Shown here: piece after piece, positions 61,751 through 64,000 of the stretch
Layout: each line of letters opens with the position of its first letter
Numbering within the stretch: the first letter of the stretch is position 1
Assembly (NCBI RefSeq): GCF_004010195.1
Contig: NC_057726.1
Span: 14,890,572-14,954,571, forward strand
Length of the DNA stretch: 64,000 nt
Reading direction: 5' to 3'
DNA from: Chiloscyllium plagiosum
Lineage: Eukaryota
The notes under the pieces: model-generated
What the model was told of the DNA's origin: nothing
Seen by the model: only the letters and a program-made list of their open reading frames with translations
Database searches by the model: none
Position numbers and translations under genes: made by a program

Positions 61751-62726
61751 GTAAGGCCCATAGTACACTATTTTTAATTAGTATATGACTGTATAGATGG
61801 GTGATCAAATCTATGTTTTGCAGGGGTTGGGGGGTGTGGGTGGGTAGAGACCTGCGCAATGCTACAAATTAGTATGCTGCTTGAATAAGTTAAGATAAAA
61901 GACACAATTAACATAAACTTCATTGATTTCCATCTTTGTGTTAATGAGTAAATTAATAAACAAGGGGGTGATTTTACCCTTACCATCAGGTTGTCCCACA
62001 CCGTGATAGTAGGAGCATCACAAGTAAAGAGTTCTCCCCTCTCGCTCCTTCTCAAACTCTCTTCCTCCCCACCCACACAGTTTTCTGGTGGGAGAAAACA
62101 TTCAGGAGCAATAGAAGAAGACAATATTCAGAGTCATTCCTTTCCCAGCCCAGCACCAGTGATTGAAACTGGTCCAGCAGATCACATGCATGTTATTTAT
62201 AAAGACCGTGAACTTTTTTATATGATGCGGTTACTGTCCCAATCTGGAACTAGTCCAATGCCCTTTTGAATGTGTACAGAGAGCCAGCATCTAACCTAAT
62301 AAATTAAGTCTTACTAAATACAGTTTCACTATGTCGAAATCTGAACACAGCAGTCAAACACTGAAAAGTTTGGGTTTTTTTTTCCTCCAGTCATTTCCTA
62401 GCATTTACTGTTTGTTTTATGGACCCAGGTAGTGGGATATTCTCAACTTCCATTTACCTGTTGATGAGCTCCTCTTCAACATACCTGTCCAGTTTGACCG
62501 AAAAGGGATTTGGGGAAAAGGCAGGAGATTGGCAGTAGGGAACAGAATCGATGCAGGGCACAATGCTGTAATTTAACGATTCTGTGATTCTGAGATCAAA
62601 TCAACTTGCATTTCTTCATACGCTTTCCAAAAGCTTTAAAACCTGTCTGTGATGTAGTGTTTTCGTACTTCTTTTCCAAATCTATCACTTTTCATCCTGG
62701 ACAGGTTTTCACCTAGTCTTTGAAAA

Positions 62727-62956
62727 TTTACTCAATGGATGAGGGCACCACTGGCCAAGCACAGCACATTTCCTTTCCTGAAGGGAAGAATGGGCTTTTA
62801 TAACAATGGTCACAATTAAGCCAGCTCTTTGTTCTTAATTTTACCAAATTCAAATTGCACCACCTGCTGTGGTAGGATTTGAACCCACATACCCAGAACA
62901 TCAGCCTTGGGTTCTGGATTGCGAAATCTACTGACATTCCCATTGTGTCACTGCCA
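62727..62956 (-). mobile_element. tRNA-headed SINE (same family as 8352), internally deleted
   Basis: Reverse B box ggatttgaacc at 62875-62885; reverse tail atggatgagggcaccactggcc. Confidence 0.7.
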
Positions 62957-63317
62957 CCCCTATTTAATGCCTCCTGTTGAACCAAACAGTTCTGGTCCAG
63001 TCCTCAACTTGAACCCTGTCAATTTCAAAATCCCAATTATAATCCCACTCCTCCACCCGCCTGCCTCCCAAGTAATTCCCAGTTCTGTCGGTCCATGTTC
63101 CATTCTTTGAAATGCTAAATGTGCTGATAGCAATGCTCTTTGTTTCCCTCGTTCAACTGCCTCATATTTTTCTGAGAGGCTGTGTGTGTCAAAATTGGCT
63201 GACCCTAATTTGGTCTTCCTCGGGGGTTGGCTGGGCATGAACCGCAATCAGCCTGAAGAAGGGCTTATGCCCAAAACATCGACTGTCCTGCTCTTCAGAT
63301 GCTGCCTGACCTGCTGT

Positions 63318-63321
<4 letters not shown>

Positions 63322-63362
<41 letters not shown>

Positions 63363-63398
63363 CTCTCTCTCTCGTACACGCACGCGCGCGCACACACA
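63322..63398. repeat. (CT)n / (CA,CG)n microsatellite directly after a PLE-A terminus (63250-63321)
   Basis: Long tctctc run followed by cacgcacgcgcgcgcacacaca. Confidence 0.9.
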
Positions 63399-63670
63399 AG
63401 ACTGCTGTAACCAACGCAGAAACACATATTTGCAAGGAAACTCTTGAAGTATCTTACAACCATTCTTTGAAAATTTGCTCATAGGATGTGGGCATCACTG
63501 GCCAAGCACTGAGTTGGTCGTTATTAAGATGACCGTTATTTGAAAATTTGTGGCTGTAAATTCCTTTCAGACCAATCCTACATCTGAAACACTTCAGAGA
63601 GTGCTTATGAAATTAATACCTGGGATGGCCGGGTTTTCTTAGGAGGAAAGGGAAATTAGGGGAAATGAGA

Positions 63671-64000
63671 ACCTTGCAACCACATGGGATTAATGTGGAT
63701 TCCACCAGTTTCCTCATTTCCCCTCCCCCCACCTTATCCCAGTCCCAAGCCTCCAACTCGGCACCACCCTCTTGACCGATCCATCACCATTCCCATCTAT
63801 CCGCTCCACCCTCCTCTCTGACCTATCACTCTCACCACCACCTTCATCTACCTATTGCATTCTCAGCTACCTTCCCCCCAGCCCCACCCCCTCCTATTTA
63901 TCTCTCAACCCCCTTGGCCCACAAGCCTCATTCCTGATGAAGGGCTTATGCCCGAAATGTCGATTCTCCTGCTCCTCGGATGCTGCCTGACCTGCTGTGC
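63671..64000 (+). mobile_element. PLE family A 3' end (runs off the window)
   Basis: TLQPHGINVDSTSF GIY-YIG tail, pyrimidine-rich UTR and hammerhead motif ctgatgaagggcttatgcccgaaatgtc (~63934-63961; stem III mutated). Confidence 0.85.

Noticed and set aside
63186-63484. ER/SL-repeat ORFs
   Set aside because: Translation of the (CT)n microsatellite plus a PLE terminus.

Overview
Vertebrate nuclear DNA, almost certainly a shark. This is inferred from HE1-type V-SINEs, HER1/CR1 LINEs and a SacSINE1/Deu-domain SINE. The only host coding sequence is two spliced exons of CDYL2 on the + strand: the chromodomain exon (60625-61219) and the next exon, which enters the enoyl-CoA-hydratase-like domain (61536-61750). 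The preceding ~60 kb has no recognisable first exon or CpG island and is probably CDYL2 intron 1. It is filled with nested retroelement relics (CR1, Rex1/Babar, SINEs, a Tigger-like MITE, LTR fragments) and a 766-bp tandem duplication. The most striking structure is a dense set of Penelope-like element (PLE) copies from at least four families. Their termini carry minimal hammerhead-ribozyme motifs (CUGANGA-N-stem II-GAAA-palindromic stem III-UH). Many copies are reduced to 100-230 bp asymmetric palindromes with 10-16 bp target-site duplications, two are inserted into other PLE termini, and one is a 2-kb inverted GIY-YIG palindrome. A second notable item is an old APE-type LINE whose 5' end is the body of a tRNA-headed SINE found elsewhere in the window. 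All family assignments are from recall and manual reading, not database searches. Repeat boundaries are approximate unless a TSD is quoted.
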